From Macrostomum lignano (Eukaryota): a stretch of DNA of 64,000 nt. This document shows, in pieces, positions 32,766-50,555 of this stretch. Every line of letters begins with the position of its first letter. Position 1 is the first letter of the stretch. The stretch lies in assembly GCA_002269645.1 (NCBI GenBank), contig NIVC01001334.1, forward strand, positions 1 to 64,000. The letters run 5' to 3'. A model generated the notes under the pieces. That model was not told the origin of the DNA and ran no database searches. It saw nothing but the letters and a program-made list of their open reading frames with translations. A program made the translations under genes and the position numbers.

Positions 32766-34096
32766 TTTCCTTTATTTAAGTCTATTTCATGCAGTTACGA
32801 CGCGTTACCATAAGAGCCGATTGCAATACGGCTACAGGAACAACAATTTGAAGCAATTAACTTAAGCATATAAAGATTTTCTTTGATTTTAGTCCCCAAC
32901 GGTTGACTGCCATGTTCGTTCTTTAAAAATTTGGTGCACGTTCGTAGTACTTTTGCCGATTTTTATTGATCTCATCAAATAGATTTTATACCAAATTCTT
33001 ATGATATTTTTCGATCATTTTAATTAGTTTTTAGCCCTCTATGCTAATTTTCTTTCAAGCCAGACGCCTCGTACGTTGCAATTAGTAAATTTTGAGCAAA
33101 AAAGTATTTAATGCAGATAAAACTCGAACCATCAGTAGCTCGCAGTTGGCAAGTACGGTTGTAACTTGTGGGGTCGTATTTATTCCTAGAAATTTCTGTA
33201 CATAAAGTGTTATCATACGTACATTACGAGTGTATGTAAGCCACCTATATACTCACCGTATACTAAATCTCTCAGATCTTCATAGTTCTTAACCAGCGGA
33301 TTATGTGTGCATGAAGCTGTCAATTAATCTAACGTATAAGTTTGTGTTGGCGATTTTGCACGATTTTTCCTGATTTAATTATGAGTTGGAACTACTTGAG
33401 ACGTATCTCCTTTAATTACATGTATTACAACTTAAAAAACACATTAAGCATAGTCGATTCTTAGTATAAGTAGGTTTCAACGGCAATAAAACTAGATATA
33501 TTCTATTAGGAATAAATTATACACAAGTACGAGCGTGCAGGTGTACTAAAAGTCCCAAGTCGTCCTTGAATAAAGTCATGATACATTAAAATATTTTCAT
33601 GTTTCTTTACGGTGTGGTAAGTACAAAAAATACAAGCAGATATCAATTAGTCAGGATTTTAGTCTGGAACAATATCGTTTCGGCTTGGAGGCGAGTCATA
33701 TATGGGCCATGCCATCAAAGGTGATAATTAATACATTATAGGTAAGCGACCGTATGTTGTACATATAGCGACAACAGCTGAGGGAACATCTTGTTGCTAC
33801 GTGGATGCAAAAATATATTGTATTTTCGATCTGCACTTTACTACCACACGCCCTGTATACATACGAGCGTACGTCAAAAATTAGGGTTAAACATTTTAAT
33901 GCATCACAAGGAAAGTTTTCTTATGTTTGTCCGTCATTACATAATCCACATGCCTAAGCTCCTAAAAGATTACCGCAAAAAACTATGAATTTATTATTCT
34001 AAAAAATCTTTTTCTCGAATTTTTTAGCTATATACTTGCGGCTGTATCCATTCATTTGTTTAACTAGATGTACGCGGAAAAGTTTTTAAAAAGGAC

Positions 34097-36857
34097 GGGT
34101 CTGTATAAAAGCAGGGCACCATTGGCACATTGGACACCCCTTATGTTAACAAAAATCGAGTTTTGATCGTTGTTTTGCTTGAATAAATATACTTTGGCTT
34201 TCGAATAAAAATGTAAATATTTATTTATAATTGCACTTTTTCATATACTTCTAACAACCATGAGATTGGTAGTATCAACAAGTTTTATTCTACATTTAAA
34301 TTCATTTCTTATCTTGCTTTATTGTCGAACTACTTTCGGTACGTCATTTTCATTTACCTAGTTGGTGCACTTACAGAAAACATAGAAACATTAAATGCCG
34401 TTTCTTGTCCTCAATAAACGTTGGAAAAAGTGAGCAGCAGACTAGTTGCAGAATTTTATTGCCGGACATGGCATATTTGACTATTTGCAGCTGCTCTGGC
34501 TTGTTTACTGCCTTTCCATAAATCAACAGCAATGGTGAAAGTGAATCTAATCCTTCTCTCTCTCTCTCTCCCATAATGTTAATGATTGATTTGCTGTTAA
34601 TATGGATTTTTAAAATCCCCCGTGTCTTAAATAAAAAAACGAATAATTTTTTAAGTTGTGATTTCCATCAAAATGCAATTAATTAATGTTTTAAAAACAT
34701 TTAAACTCAATAAATTATTTATTCTCTTATCAAATAGAATCCAACTCTAGAATCTTTTTCAAGGAAGGAATACTAACTATCCTTAATATTCAATATGCAT
34801 GATAATAAAGCAGTGCATTACTTTTTCAATTTAGAGAATCTAACAAGGAAATAAATATAATTTAGTACAGTACCATTGTAAGCAAAAAACCATAAGTTTA
34901 CAGGTACAATTTTTTGTAAAGATAGATACAGCGGAAAATTAAAATTTGACAAAAGAATACCACAAACACTAAAAATGGGGAGAAAAAGTATTACAAACAT
35001 TGGCATTAATAAAAAAGTAATAAATATTGCAGCTGAGCAAATGAAATTAGCAATTAAACAATGCAATGAGTTAAATGATAAATAACAAAGAAATGCTAAA
35101 TAACATCTAGCAATGTATATTAAAGCAATTGAAGTGCACTCTGAGTTGAAAGGCTTACAACTCATAAAGTACAGTTTAAATGCAATGTAACTTTTTATTT
35201 ATTTGTAACTTTATAACAATAGAAATCATTACCATAAGCAATTGTATGAAAAGTTGCTATTAATAGTCTTATGTACTTTATCTCTACTCTAAGAGCTAAC
35301 TTTCTATAAATATATATGATTCCTTGTATAAAATTAGGGATTCTTTAAAAAATTCATGCTGCAATATGCATATATCACACTCTTGACCCAAGAAAATTAT
35401 TGAAAGTGGTCAACCAATTAGCACAAAAAAATTATAGACAGCTGTAATGGTGCAAGTGGTGTTTCGGCACACCACTTAAATTAAAGTTGAAATTTTTGGA
35501 GCAGTTACACTAAAGAAAATTATTATTTTATAAAATTAAGAGAGGCTAATAAAATTAGTAGGGCTTGAATTGAATAATATGCTGTGAAGACTCAAACTTG
35601 TAAGCCAAGAAGGCTAGAATTAGGGTTAGCAATTAGGCAATTAGGCGAACTATAGACATTAAGGAATGTGTAGGTATTAAATAAATAAATCATGCAGGTG
35701 CTAATAGTAGCTTAAAACCTATCACTTGGTCCCTTAGAATGCCATAATTTTGGACATTAGAATTAAAATATAGTGTTTTACTGATTGGGAACTTGTTCTT
35801 ATTGGAAAACTTCTCATAAATATAGAAATATTAATATAAACAATACGAATAAATTTGCCTATTAAAACTTTGTGGCATTTGTAGGATTTTAGAAGAAGGA
35901 AGTATACCCTGCAACATACGTGCAGAATATTTATGTGCTAAAGGATTTAGGTCTGAAATAAATGACAATAAATGTTATGTGAAGATGGTTTATATGTTGT
36001 TTTTTCAAAGTGTCATATATAAACTTTCAGTAAAAAGACTTCTTGGTCTGTGAGGTAGATTTTTTACTTATATGCTTGCATTTTTTAACTCATAATTTAA
36101 ATGATTAGCACAATTTCTTAAATATCATGACTTGGCAAATTATTCATAATAATGTTTTCTTAAAAGGATTGTATGTAAAGAAGAGACTGTAATTTGGACT
36201 TTCACTGAGTAGCTATTCCTTTTTTTGTTGGTTGAAATCATACAAAAAGTAATTGAACTAATAAAAGAAGAAGCTTGGAAATTATTAATTTAATCATCAT
36301 CTTACAAAGTAAAAAACACTTTTTGGGTGCAATTTTTTCATCAAATAATCTGCCAATGTATTAACTTTTTTAATATAGAAATACTTGCAATTTGGAATAT
36401 CCAAAGTTCGTTCTTCATGAAGTAATCCTAACAAAATAAGTTGTGGTTTTTTGATAAGAGCAGAATGCTTCATCATTTTATGGAAAATTGAGTTCTGACT
36501 ATTAGTTTGATCATTTCATATATCAGGCATATTTAGCATTAAATCGGTACGCCTGTAGTACAGAACCTTCGGGGTAGTAAAATCACAGTGTAATAGCATT
36601 GCAAGCTGCAGTTTTTGCATGTGCGATTATTTTAAAAAATCGAATGCCAAATTAAACATGTACAAAAAACGATAATACAAAGAATATTTAACAAATCATC
36701 TATCACGAAAGCAAGGATGTCATTTCTATTATTATCAATTTTTTAAATTATTTAAAAGTATCTCCGCAAGTTTATTCTGCATTTTCATATCTAATTTTGT
36801 TATAAAAAGGGGTGTCCAATGTGTCCAATGTGCCAGTGCCAGCTTTTATACACACCC
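34097..36857. mobile_element. Degenerate DNA transposon, 2761 bp, ~55-bp TIRs, 10-bp TSD (Mutator/MULE-like)
   Basis: Left end GGGTCTGTATAAAAGC...ATTGGCACATTGGACACCCC; right end is the reverse complement of GGGTGTGTATAAAAGC...ATTGGACACATTGGACACCCC. TAAAAAGGAC lies immediately outside both ends (34087-34096 and 36858-36867). The interior is AT-rich with only stop-interrupted reading frames. Superfamily is inferred from TSD length and G-rich termini only. Confidence 0.85.
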
Positions 36858-38675
36858 TAAAAAGGACGTCCACGTTTCGGGCTAAGATATTACTATCTCG
36901 CGATGGTGGTGACGACCAATAGCATGAGTACATGAGCTGAGCAGCTAAAACGTAAGAAAGCAGCCCGTTACTAGCTTAATTGTTTTCATTTCAAGCACTT
37001 TCTAATAGTTTTGTATCACCTATTGATTGTCGTTGTTCATTGATAATGATGTTGATGGCTCGTGGTTATTTTGATTAACTATATTCTATTATTGTCAATT
37101 GAATTCTCAGTATGGCAAAAACTATACAGATTTAGAATTTGTAAAAATAACCCCTAGCACGCTAATTTTAATTTCACGCAGCTAAAAATTGTTTTTAGTG
37201 TAGAAAACGCTATATACTCGTATAAAGCTATGTTCTATGATACCAACTCATACAATAACATAATAAAGGCTGTTATGGAGATACTAATTATAATGTGTTC
37301 AGCAATTTTTCTTGGTTAAGTAGTGTGTTAATATGCTAAAATCTTTCAGATTCAAGTTTTTTACTCTTCTACTAAAACATGAATGAAACAAGGGTCTAGA
37401 ATCTAATATTTATCTTGTATCCTTTAGGTCTCATAAAATAGTAATTCTCTATGATATTTAGTGTTTAGTGATTTGATATTCATAGTTAAATTTCATTTTT
37501 CAACTAATATTGTCCTATATCAACTTTTGTAGTATATATATATTTTTAAAGATAGCTTTTTAGCAAAAGTTGATTACTTTATCTTTGTATAGTAACACTT
37601 CCTTATATATTTTATAGTATATATGCCAATTGTTACAGTGTTATAAAAATATAAAATTATTGTATATGTAATTATTCCCTAAGATTTTTTGGTTAATACA
37701 TTTTTCTTGATAACTTTGTATCATAGTCATATCATATGCTCATAACTATTAGATTTTATCCTAAAGTACCTTTGATGAATGATTGTAGATATAAAAAACT
37801 ATTAAAAATACAATGATTTGAAATAATTCAAGTAAAAATTTTTGGCTACTTAGCCATACAAGCTACTAAGAAACTGCAACATAAAATTTGGGGATTCAAT
37901 GTGCAGCATAAAATGGTGTAGATAAGTTGATTACAATAAATTTATTGTTTCTAAAGAATACAAATTTATTTTAGTTTTGGTATTTACGAGTACCTAATAG
38001 CATAATTATATATGCTATCTTAGCTTATTTTCTAAAAGCTTTTATAATAAAAGGCTAAGTAGGAAAGTGCTTGAATATTTTTTACTTTTATCTTTTAATT
38101 TGGTTTTCAGTGTGACTTTTCAACAAAAACATTAATTAAATTTCACAATTTTAGCAAAATGTCAGATTGGCAGGAGCTTATGAACTTTGATGCACCCAAC
38201 AGCAAAGATTTCCTTGCTGTGAGCAGAGAATTTTTCAAAAGTCATGAGGAAATTCCAGACTCCACTACTCATAAATGTAAGTTGTAGAATTAAATCATGC
38301 TGTCTGATGGTTTGGTTTATATGTAGCAACTTCAATTCAAATTTGAGTGACAGGTTTCAACAAAAAATTCAAAGCCTATTTAGCTTAAAACTAGAACTTG
38401 AGCTCATTTTCACTAGGAAAAAAATCAAATCAAATTTACCTGACAATTTTGTTATAATCCCAAGCAATCATACAGTGTATCTGAACAGCTTAACGGCAGT
38501 TGATAGTTTGTATTATTTTTCTAGTTGAACCTTTTTGCAGTTTAGAAACAAAATGCATGCTTGGCAATACAAGTTGGCAGGCTTTGGGTATGGCATGTTT
38601 AGCATTCTGTTAGCAGTTTAGCCGGGAATTCACCACTATATATGCAACCTTTGTGTCTCAGTACTGCCCCTTAAA

Positions 38676-39085
38676 GCATCTCAGCCTTTCTTGGTGAGCC
38701 TTGACATCTCAGCCCTTCTTGATGAGCCTTGACATCTCAGCCCTTCTTGGTGAGCATTGGCATCTCAGCCCTTCTTGAAGAGCCTTGGCATCTCAGCCCT
38801 TCTTGATGAACCTTGGCATCTCAGCCCTTCTTGGTGAGCCTTGGCATCTCAGCCCTTCTTGATGAGCCTTGACATCTCAGCCCTTCTTGGTGAGCATTGG
38901 CATCTCAGCCCTTCTTGAAGAGCCTTGGCATCTCAGCCCTTCTTGATGAACCTTGGCATCTCAGCCCTTCTTGGTGAGCCTTGGCATCTCAGCCCTTCTT
39001 GATGAACCTTGGCATCTCAGCCCTTCTTGATGAGCCTTGGCATCTCAGCCCTTCTTGATGAACCTTGGCATCTCAGCCCTTCTTG
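38676..39085. repeat. 28-bp minisatellite (GGCATCTCAGCCCTTCTTGATGAGCCTT)n
   Basis: About 14 tandem units; inverted relative of the 30250-31040 array. Confidence 0.96.
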
Positions 39086-39165
39086 AGTCTGCTGCGGGTT
39101 GATTCCCAATTTAGTTTATTTTCAATCTCATAAATGCTATTAGTTTCTCTGTTGCTCTTCCTTAG

Positions 39166-43129
<3,964 letters not shown>

Positions 43130-45005
43130 AGAGGGCTGAGTTGTGATGGCTTATCATTACATTCATAAATTGCAATCCTCTCCGTTGTTTTTCTTCATTG
43201 CAGTTCGACAAGTCAGCCAAAAATGTTCGAAAAATGTCCCTTCGCGCAGAGTGAAGTCGCGGGCGAAGAATAATAACAAATATTGATTTTTTAATAATGG
43301 AAGAAGTTTTTTTCTCGATATGCAACTTGATTTGTAGCAGCTAAATAAAAATAAAATTTAAAAAAAATAAATATCCTAAAAGTACTTAGATACGCTCGTA
43401 TATTATTTTGTTTGATACGTTAAATCAAATTCTGTTACTGCTTTGTAAATACTGCGCACTTGATATAAATATTTTCCATAAGTTTCAAAGCATAATTTCT
43501 ACTTTAATGATACTGCAAATACACGTTCATAATTTCTAGTATGGTGACTATTTAAAAACTACTTGTTTTGAGTTAGTGATGGCAGGCAACAAAAAAATTC
43601 CGGATATTTACGTATGTATAACTGAAAAAATAGATAACATAGTTAGATAGCTCTTAATTGGTTTAAAAACAGATAAACGAAATTTTCAATTTTTTGTGAA
43701 TTGATGGTGCAAACCTATCACATTAAATTTATAGAATCCTAATATACCTTAATTTAAATAGAATTTTGATAAATTTCTTGATCCTTTTATTTAGGAAAAT
43801 TAGAGTTAGTATTTAATTGGAAGTTATTATACTTCTATTTCTGTTTTTTTAGTTGTTAATTGTATCTGAAAATTTCGAACTTTAATTCTTATTTTAAAAT
43901 TATAAAAATTATTGGTTTTTTAGTTAGTAGTTTTAATTAATAACTCAGACGAATTTTCGGGTTTCGTTGTTTAATTTTTATTTTCTGTTGCATTCTGTTG
44001 CTTCTGTTGCTAAAGGCTGAAAAACGTGTAAATAAACGCAAATGTTTAAACATTTAGTTTTAATGCTTAAAAATAGTTTCCAATAATATTGAATTTAGTG
44101 CATGAATTTCGTTTTTTGAATATTCATTAAAATTACTCAATTACCAGAAGTAACACAAGTAATATTTTATCTATTATACTTCTGTGATGAATTGTACTCG
44201 CAACGAAATAGCATTTAATTATCGTGTTACTGTGAATAAATAGTTTAAAAGAGATTAAAAATAAAGAAACTATTGAAACCATGCAATATTCAAAACAGTG
44301 CGATGAATACTTTTAACAAACTAGGTAAACATCTTGTTTGCGTTTTGTTTTATCGATTAGGACATCGTGCTTTAAATTTAAATTTATCCGTTTCTACGAA
44401 ACAACGCTAAACCGCGTGGTCCGCTGTGACTTACGCTGCAGCGGATAACAGAGAAATACGGCTAATATTTAAGTTTTTACATTAGCTGATTATAGCTTTT
44501 TTGGCAAATGCCTGCAAAATCGCAGATCGCTTGCACGGCAGACGCACTGGAACTTCTTTTTCAATAGGTATGCTTGTGTACAGATATTGGAACATTTATA
44601 CTAACGTTCATATATAAAGTCAGTGAACTCAAATTAGAACCGTCTAATCTGTGGACTGTGGCTGAGTAAGATCAGAGCCTCTGCGATTACCATAGATATG
44701 CGGTAACACGAGTACATCAGAGGTCCCTGGTAAGGTACATGTACGATCGTAGCCTCTAGAGAATTGTCTATGGTTATAAGCTCGGAAAATAATACGCAGT
44801 AGTCTATCGTCATTCCCCCTTTTTATGAACGAAACTGCACTCAGTCTTTATTCTCTTTTGAATCTATCTCCTATCCTTAAGCTGTTTCTTTACAAGAAAA
44901 CAGATTTTGAAAACTAAAAATTTAGCACAGTAAAAACTATACTCTGTTTCTTTATAAACACGTCGCAGGTGACGCCTCTCCGAGGCTCTTTGCAGCAGGG
45001 TAGCG

Positions 45006-48000
45006 ATGCGCCTTCACTGGCTATCGCTGTTGCGGCTATTGCAGCTTCTGGAATTGTTGTCAAACTTATCGGCGGCGACGAGGCTGCGCTTTGCTACTGG
45101 TGGCAGCTATCGTGGCCTTCTTGTTCTCGGTCGTCGAATGCCTGTGCTAGTTCGCGGTCCGCCAATCGCTTTGATCATCGTCAACAAAGACTACAACAAA
45201 GTTCAGGACAAAGACGTTTTCAATATCGGCGTCAACTATCGCATAGCTGATGCTCGTCTCGCTCAGTGGCTGACGGTGGCGGAAGCCGGGCCGCGAATTG
45301 ATGGCCACGCCTTCCTGGAGGTCCGAGCGACCGGTCAGCACAACCTGGACAAAAACTTTGCCAGAGTAGACGGCAACTGGTTGACGGTGCCGATCCTGGC
45401 AACAACCGCGACTGCTACTGCTCGATGCCGGCTGACGATTCGCCTGCTGCCGCGTCGGCCGCTCTGCCCCCGCTTCGGCGCCGTTTCGTACGCCTTCACT
45501 GCGCCGGCGCCAGACCTGCGTAGGCGCCTCGCCGTGGTCGGCCGGCTGAGCACGGCGCCAACGACTTCGGAAACTTCCAGTAGAGGAGGCGTGAAACCGG
45601 CCTTTACTCTTGTGGCCTCCAACAATGCCGCGGCATCGGGTGACTTCGACGTCGAATCGACTAGCGGTGCGGTGCTGATGCTGAACCCGGCGCCTCGGCC
45701 GGGGCTACACCGCCTGCGGGTTCGAGTCCATGGGGTTGGCGGCGACGCTCCGTGCGGTTACAGCAATGACGGCAGCATCTCAGAGACGGGATTCTTCTCC
45801 GAGGCCGACGTGACCATCGTTGTGGCCGAGCCGTCGAGCGTGGACTCGGACGGGGCGGCGATCCTGACCGCGGCTGTCACCCTGGGCGTGGTCCGGCCGC
45901 CGCTGGTGACCAGCTGGAGCCGCGCCGGCGCCACCTACGCGCTGGTGCGCCCGGAGGGCGGCGGACTGATGGTGGGTCTCGGGTCTCGGTTTTGACCTTG
46001 GCCTCATTGCATCTTGGCGGTCCTTGGCCTTCTTCATTGTCCCTTTTTGTCATTGACTTTTATTAGTTTTTTTATTAAAATTGACTTTTTTACACGTAGG
46101 TCTTTGTTGCCTCTCAAGCCCTTAATCGCAGCATTGAGCAGGTCTCTTTGGGCAACCCTTGTCAACCCACAGACCGCAGCGCCGGGCAGAATTGATTTGC
46201 AACTGGTTGACGATTATCAGGGCACCTTCCAGTTGGTGCCGCCGCAGCAGGCATCGGAGTCGGCCGGATATCACCAGCTGCAGCTGGCTCGAAACCTTCA
46301 GACAGCCGACCTGGGCCGGACTTTCGACGTGCGTATCGCAATCTCAAACGTGTCCGTCGAATCCGTACTCATTGACCCGTCCGATCGACGGCTGCTGAGC
46401 GCCGATATCCGGAACCGGAACTTTCGGCTGACTGTGCAGGAGTGCACGCCGGTTGGCGCGCTGCTGTACCGCTTCCGGCCGAGCTTCTACGATGAGGCGT
46501 TGGCCGCCGAAGAGGCTGCGACCGGCCGCGGCGGCGTCGAGAGGCTTCGGCGGCTGCTGATGGGCCCCGAGTCACGATTCGAGTTTATCGAGTGGCAGTC
46601 TAGCAAGCAGCTGAGACTCGAAAGGGGCAGCGGAGCCGTCACTATTAGGTAAGGCTCACTCATAGCTCACTCATGATCTCACTCATGACCTCACTCATGA
46701 ACTCCCTCACTCATGAACTCCCTCACTCATGAACTCCCTCACTCATGAACTCCCTCACTCATGAACTTGCTCATGAACTCACTCATGAACTCATGAACTC
46801 ATGAACTCACAAATTCCACAGATCTCCAATGGACGCCGAATCCACCGCCGGGCGCGAGCAACGCCTCATCGCTCGCATCCGCGACCTGTCCGCGCCAAGT
46901 CATGTGACCTTCCACACTCTGCTAGTCAGCGTGTCCGACTGCAACGAGTTTGCACCGTCTTTGGTTGGCGGCCAGACAGTCAGCGTCAGCTTGCCCGAGT
47001 CCGCGCCGGTTGGTCGCCTGGTCGCGACGCTGAATCTTACCGATGACGATGCTGACGCTGACAAAGACGGCGAGGCCGCGGCTACGCTGGTTGCCATGTC
47101 AATGGACAGTTCCGCTTTGTCCCCCTTTCACCTGGACGAAAGCGGCCGGCGGCTGCTACTGGCCCGACCTCTCGATTTGGAGACGCAGTCGGGGTCGTAC
47201 AGCGTCCGGCTGCGCCTCACCGACCGGGGTCGCCCGTTTCCCCGAGTTTCCATGGCAACCGTTAGCGTCACCGTGCTACCGGTGAACGAGTTCGCGCCGG
47301 AATTCGAGCACGCCGTCTGCCGTTTCGACGTCGACTTTTTCGGCAGCCGCAACCGCCGGCTCTTCTCTACCGGACCGCTGGAAGCCGTCGACTTGGACGA
47401 GCCGCCCGAGCCCGTTTCCTACCTGTTGCTGGGCGCTCCTAGCTGCGCCGAGGTTGCCATAGCGACCGGTAATGTCACGCTAAATCTCGACTGTCTGCGC
47501 CAACATAACTTAAGCCGCCTGTCGCTCCTGATGGTTGCTAAGGACGCTGATGGTCGAGTTTCGCCTTATCCGCTGTCGCTCGAATTCAACTCTGCTTCAG
47601 CGTCGCCATGGCAACAGAAGCGACACAAGCGCTGTGACAAGCCGGCGTCGGGACGAAGTCGGCGACCAGCGGCCGTCGCCGCTGCTAATCGCCGCGCCCG
47701 TGACGACCATCGGCGAAGACTCGCCGACGCCGTCTCCTCGAACGCCGCCGTCAAGTCGCTGCCGAATCGACCGCCCGTCATCTTTTGGAGCGTCGCCGAC
47801 GGCGATGTTCGATCGACGCGCGTCATCGCGCTACCTGAAGACGCCGACGCTGGCACCGTCGTCGCCGACTTCCCGGTAGACGATCCTGACGATGCCGACT
47901 GGTACAACGGCCACCTACCGGCCTTCGCTGCCACGGTGGCTCTGAGCTCGGACTCTAACGAATCCCAAAATTCTTACGATTTTGCCTTCAACGCCAGCGT

Positions 48001-50509
48001 CAAGGAGCTCTGCGGCGACGACCACGACGACGACGACAGCGAGAGCCGCGCCAGGCGATTCTTCAGCCGCTGCCGCCGCCGAGTCCTCCGGCTGGTGGTG
48101 GCCGAGCCGCTGCTGCTGGACAGGGAGCGCCGTCCGAGCTACGGCCTGAAGCTAAAAGTCTGCGACGCCGGCTCCCCGCCGCTCTGCTCCAGCATCGACG
48201 TTGGCGTCCAGCTTGCCGATGTTAACGACAACCGGCCGGCGTTCCTGTCACCGACGTCCAACCTGACGGTGAGCTCAGCGCCGACACTGGGCGTGACGCT
48301 GCACCGGTTCGCCGCCGTCGACCCCGACCTCGGCGACAACGGGACGGTTCGGTTTCGCCTCCTGCTTCCAGACGCTCCCGAGGCGGCTCTGTTCAGCCTG
48401 GACGCCGTCAGCGGTGAGCTGCGCTTCGCCGATAACGCCACCGAAATTTCTGACGGCTTAGGTCGCGATTTCGAGCTGGAGATTCAAGCATTCGACCTTG
48501 GCCGACCGTCGCTGACGTCGAGTCTTCGAGTTCGCGTCGATTTCAACATTCGGCCAGATGATCGGCGGCGCCTGAAGTTCGTCACTGGAGATGTGGACCA
48601 GCCGGGCAAGCTGAGCCTCCGACTGAACGAGATGACGCCTCCGGGGCTCTGCTGGCCAACCTGCTGGCTGTTGGTTTCCATAGCAACCGGCCACCAGCGG
48701 GCGGAGTGGCCTACTCGCTCTCGGGCCTGCCAGCGGTGGTCGGACAGTTCAGCCTGGACCGGCGCACCGGCTGCCTCAGCCTCGGCCGTCGGCACCGACT
48801 GTCGGCTTCGACGTCGCCGTATCGATTGTTCGCCGTAGCCGAAGCGCTGGTCAACGATGAGGAGGACAAGAAAATTCGCGCCGAACTGTTCATCATTGTG
48901 GACGTCGTGGCGGCGCCGAATCTAACGTCCGTGGTTCGATTCCGCTGGCCAGCAATCGCCCTGAATGCGGCCGAGTCGCTGCCGGTTGGCTCCCTGATTG
49001 GCCGGCCGCCTGAGCTTCGAGTTTGGCGAGACGGCAACGACAAGGAGGCTGCGGCCGACACAGGCGAGCTCGGAAATGTTCGCTACGAAATTCTGCACGA
49101 TGATGGAGGCTGGTTTGCTATTGATAGCGATGGTGAGTCCTGCTGGTTCTGCCGGGACTGCCGGGCTAATGGGGTTGGGGTGAGACTCTAGTGAGATTGG
49201 AGTGAGATTTGTGAGGGAGATTGGGGTAAGATTTGTTAGTGAGATTAGGTTGAGATTTTTTAGTGAGATTGAGGTGACATTGTGAGTGAGATTGGGGTAA
49301 GATTTGTTAGTGAGATTAGGTTGAGATTTGTGAGTGAGATTTGGGTGAGATTTGTGAGTGAGATTAGGGTGAGATTTGTGAGTGAGATTTGTGAGTGAGA
49401 TTTAGGTGAGATTTTTGAGTGAGATTTGGGTGAGATTTGTGAGTGAGATTTGGGTGAGATTTGTGAGTGAGATTTGGGTGAGATTTGTGAGTGAGATTAG
49501 GGTGTGATTTGTGAGTGAGATTTGGGTGAGATTTGTGAGTGAGATTGGGGTGAGATTTGTGAGTGAGATTTAGGTGAGATTTGTGAGTGAGATTTGGCTG
49601 AAAGATCTGCATGGGCATCAAGGAACCGGGCCTCAGTGCGATTGCATAATATCCTGGTATTTCTCAGATTTGGAGTGATTCAGCAAAAGAATCGCCCAGG
49701 CAAAAGAGGCGACTTTAAACAAATCAAAGTCAACCAGTCCGGGATGTCGGTTCCGCCATTCAGTGACCTGCTGTGACTTTTTCACCAAAACCCCTAAAAA
49801 ACATGCTGTTTGAAAAAATTTCTCATCTCTGCGATCAACTTTGCGGGCTTCAGTTTCTCTTTTTTTTGTTTGAGTTCTCTGAGGCTGGACTGGGGCGGAT
49901 TTTTGAGCAGAGATGCCGAGAAGGTTACGTCAGTGAGATCCGGGTCTCCCATCCAGAATTGAAAGGGAGAGGGAGGGTCAGTCGTGGTAAGATCTCAGAG
50001 TAATTTTTCTTTATACTCCAGAGCAGCGGCAGTGAGGGAGGGTCAGCTTTTCAATGAGTTTTTTTCGGGTCTGAATGGGAAATTGAGATCCTCCCCACGT
50101 CCCGGGCTTCATCCCTTGCATTTTTCAGTGTCCTGGACTTCAAGTTCTGAGTTTGACTGACGGGAGATGGAAATCGAAGGGAAGTGAAAGAAGGACTAGA
50201 GGACTGATGAGAGTTGGGGAAGGCGGCGGTCAATTCTAAGGAGCTCCAGAAGGGATGACGCAATGCATTTTATAGTAAAATAGTAAATTAAACTTTATCT
50301 CCGGGGCCGTGACATCGTGAAGGAAGGGTATAATTGATATTGAGTGTGCCGGCTTGGAGATCAGGTTGACGTTGGCATGGATGGTTGGGCCAGCTTCGAA
50401 GGTACACAGAGAGTGTGCATGCCAAACCTCTTCCTTGTGAACCCCTAATTGTAGAATCCCTTTCCACCAAATCCTCAAAATCCTATTTTCCTCAGCCGCC
50501 TTCCAGAAC

Positions 50510-50555
<46 letters not shown>

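Noticed and set aside
35430-35510. SWIM-like CNC...H scrap on the minus strand of the TIR element
   Set aside because: The CxH part is missing, and more protein-like frames lie on the plus strand; not usable as evidence for a MULE transposase.
46100-46172. Cadherin acceptor at 46100 plus a 31-nt micro-intron or frameshift
   Set aside because: Using the acceptor at 46172/46173 directly keeps the frame without special assumptions, although VFVASQALNRS after 46100 looks cadherin-like, so this is not fully excluded.
48640-48650. Programmed ribosomal frameshifting in the cadherin
   Set aside because: No slippery heptamer or obvious stimulatory structure, and the same one-base homopolymer loss recurs at unrelated sites, pointing to sequencing error.
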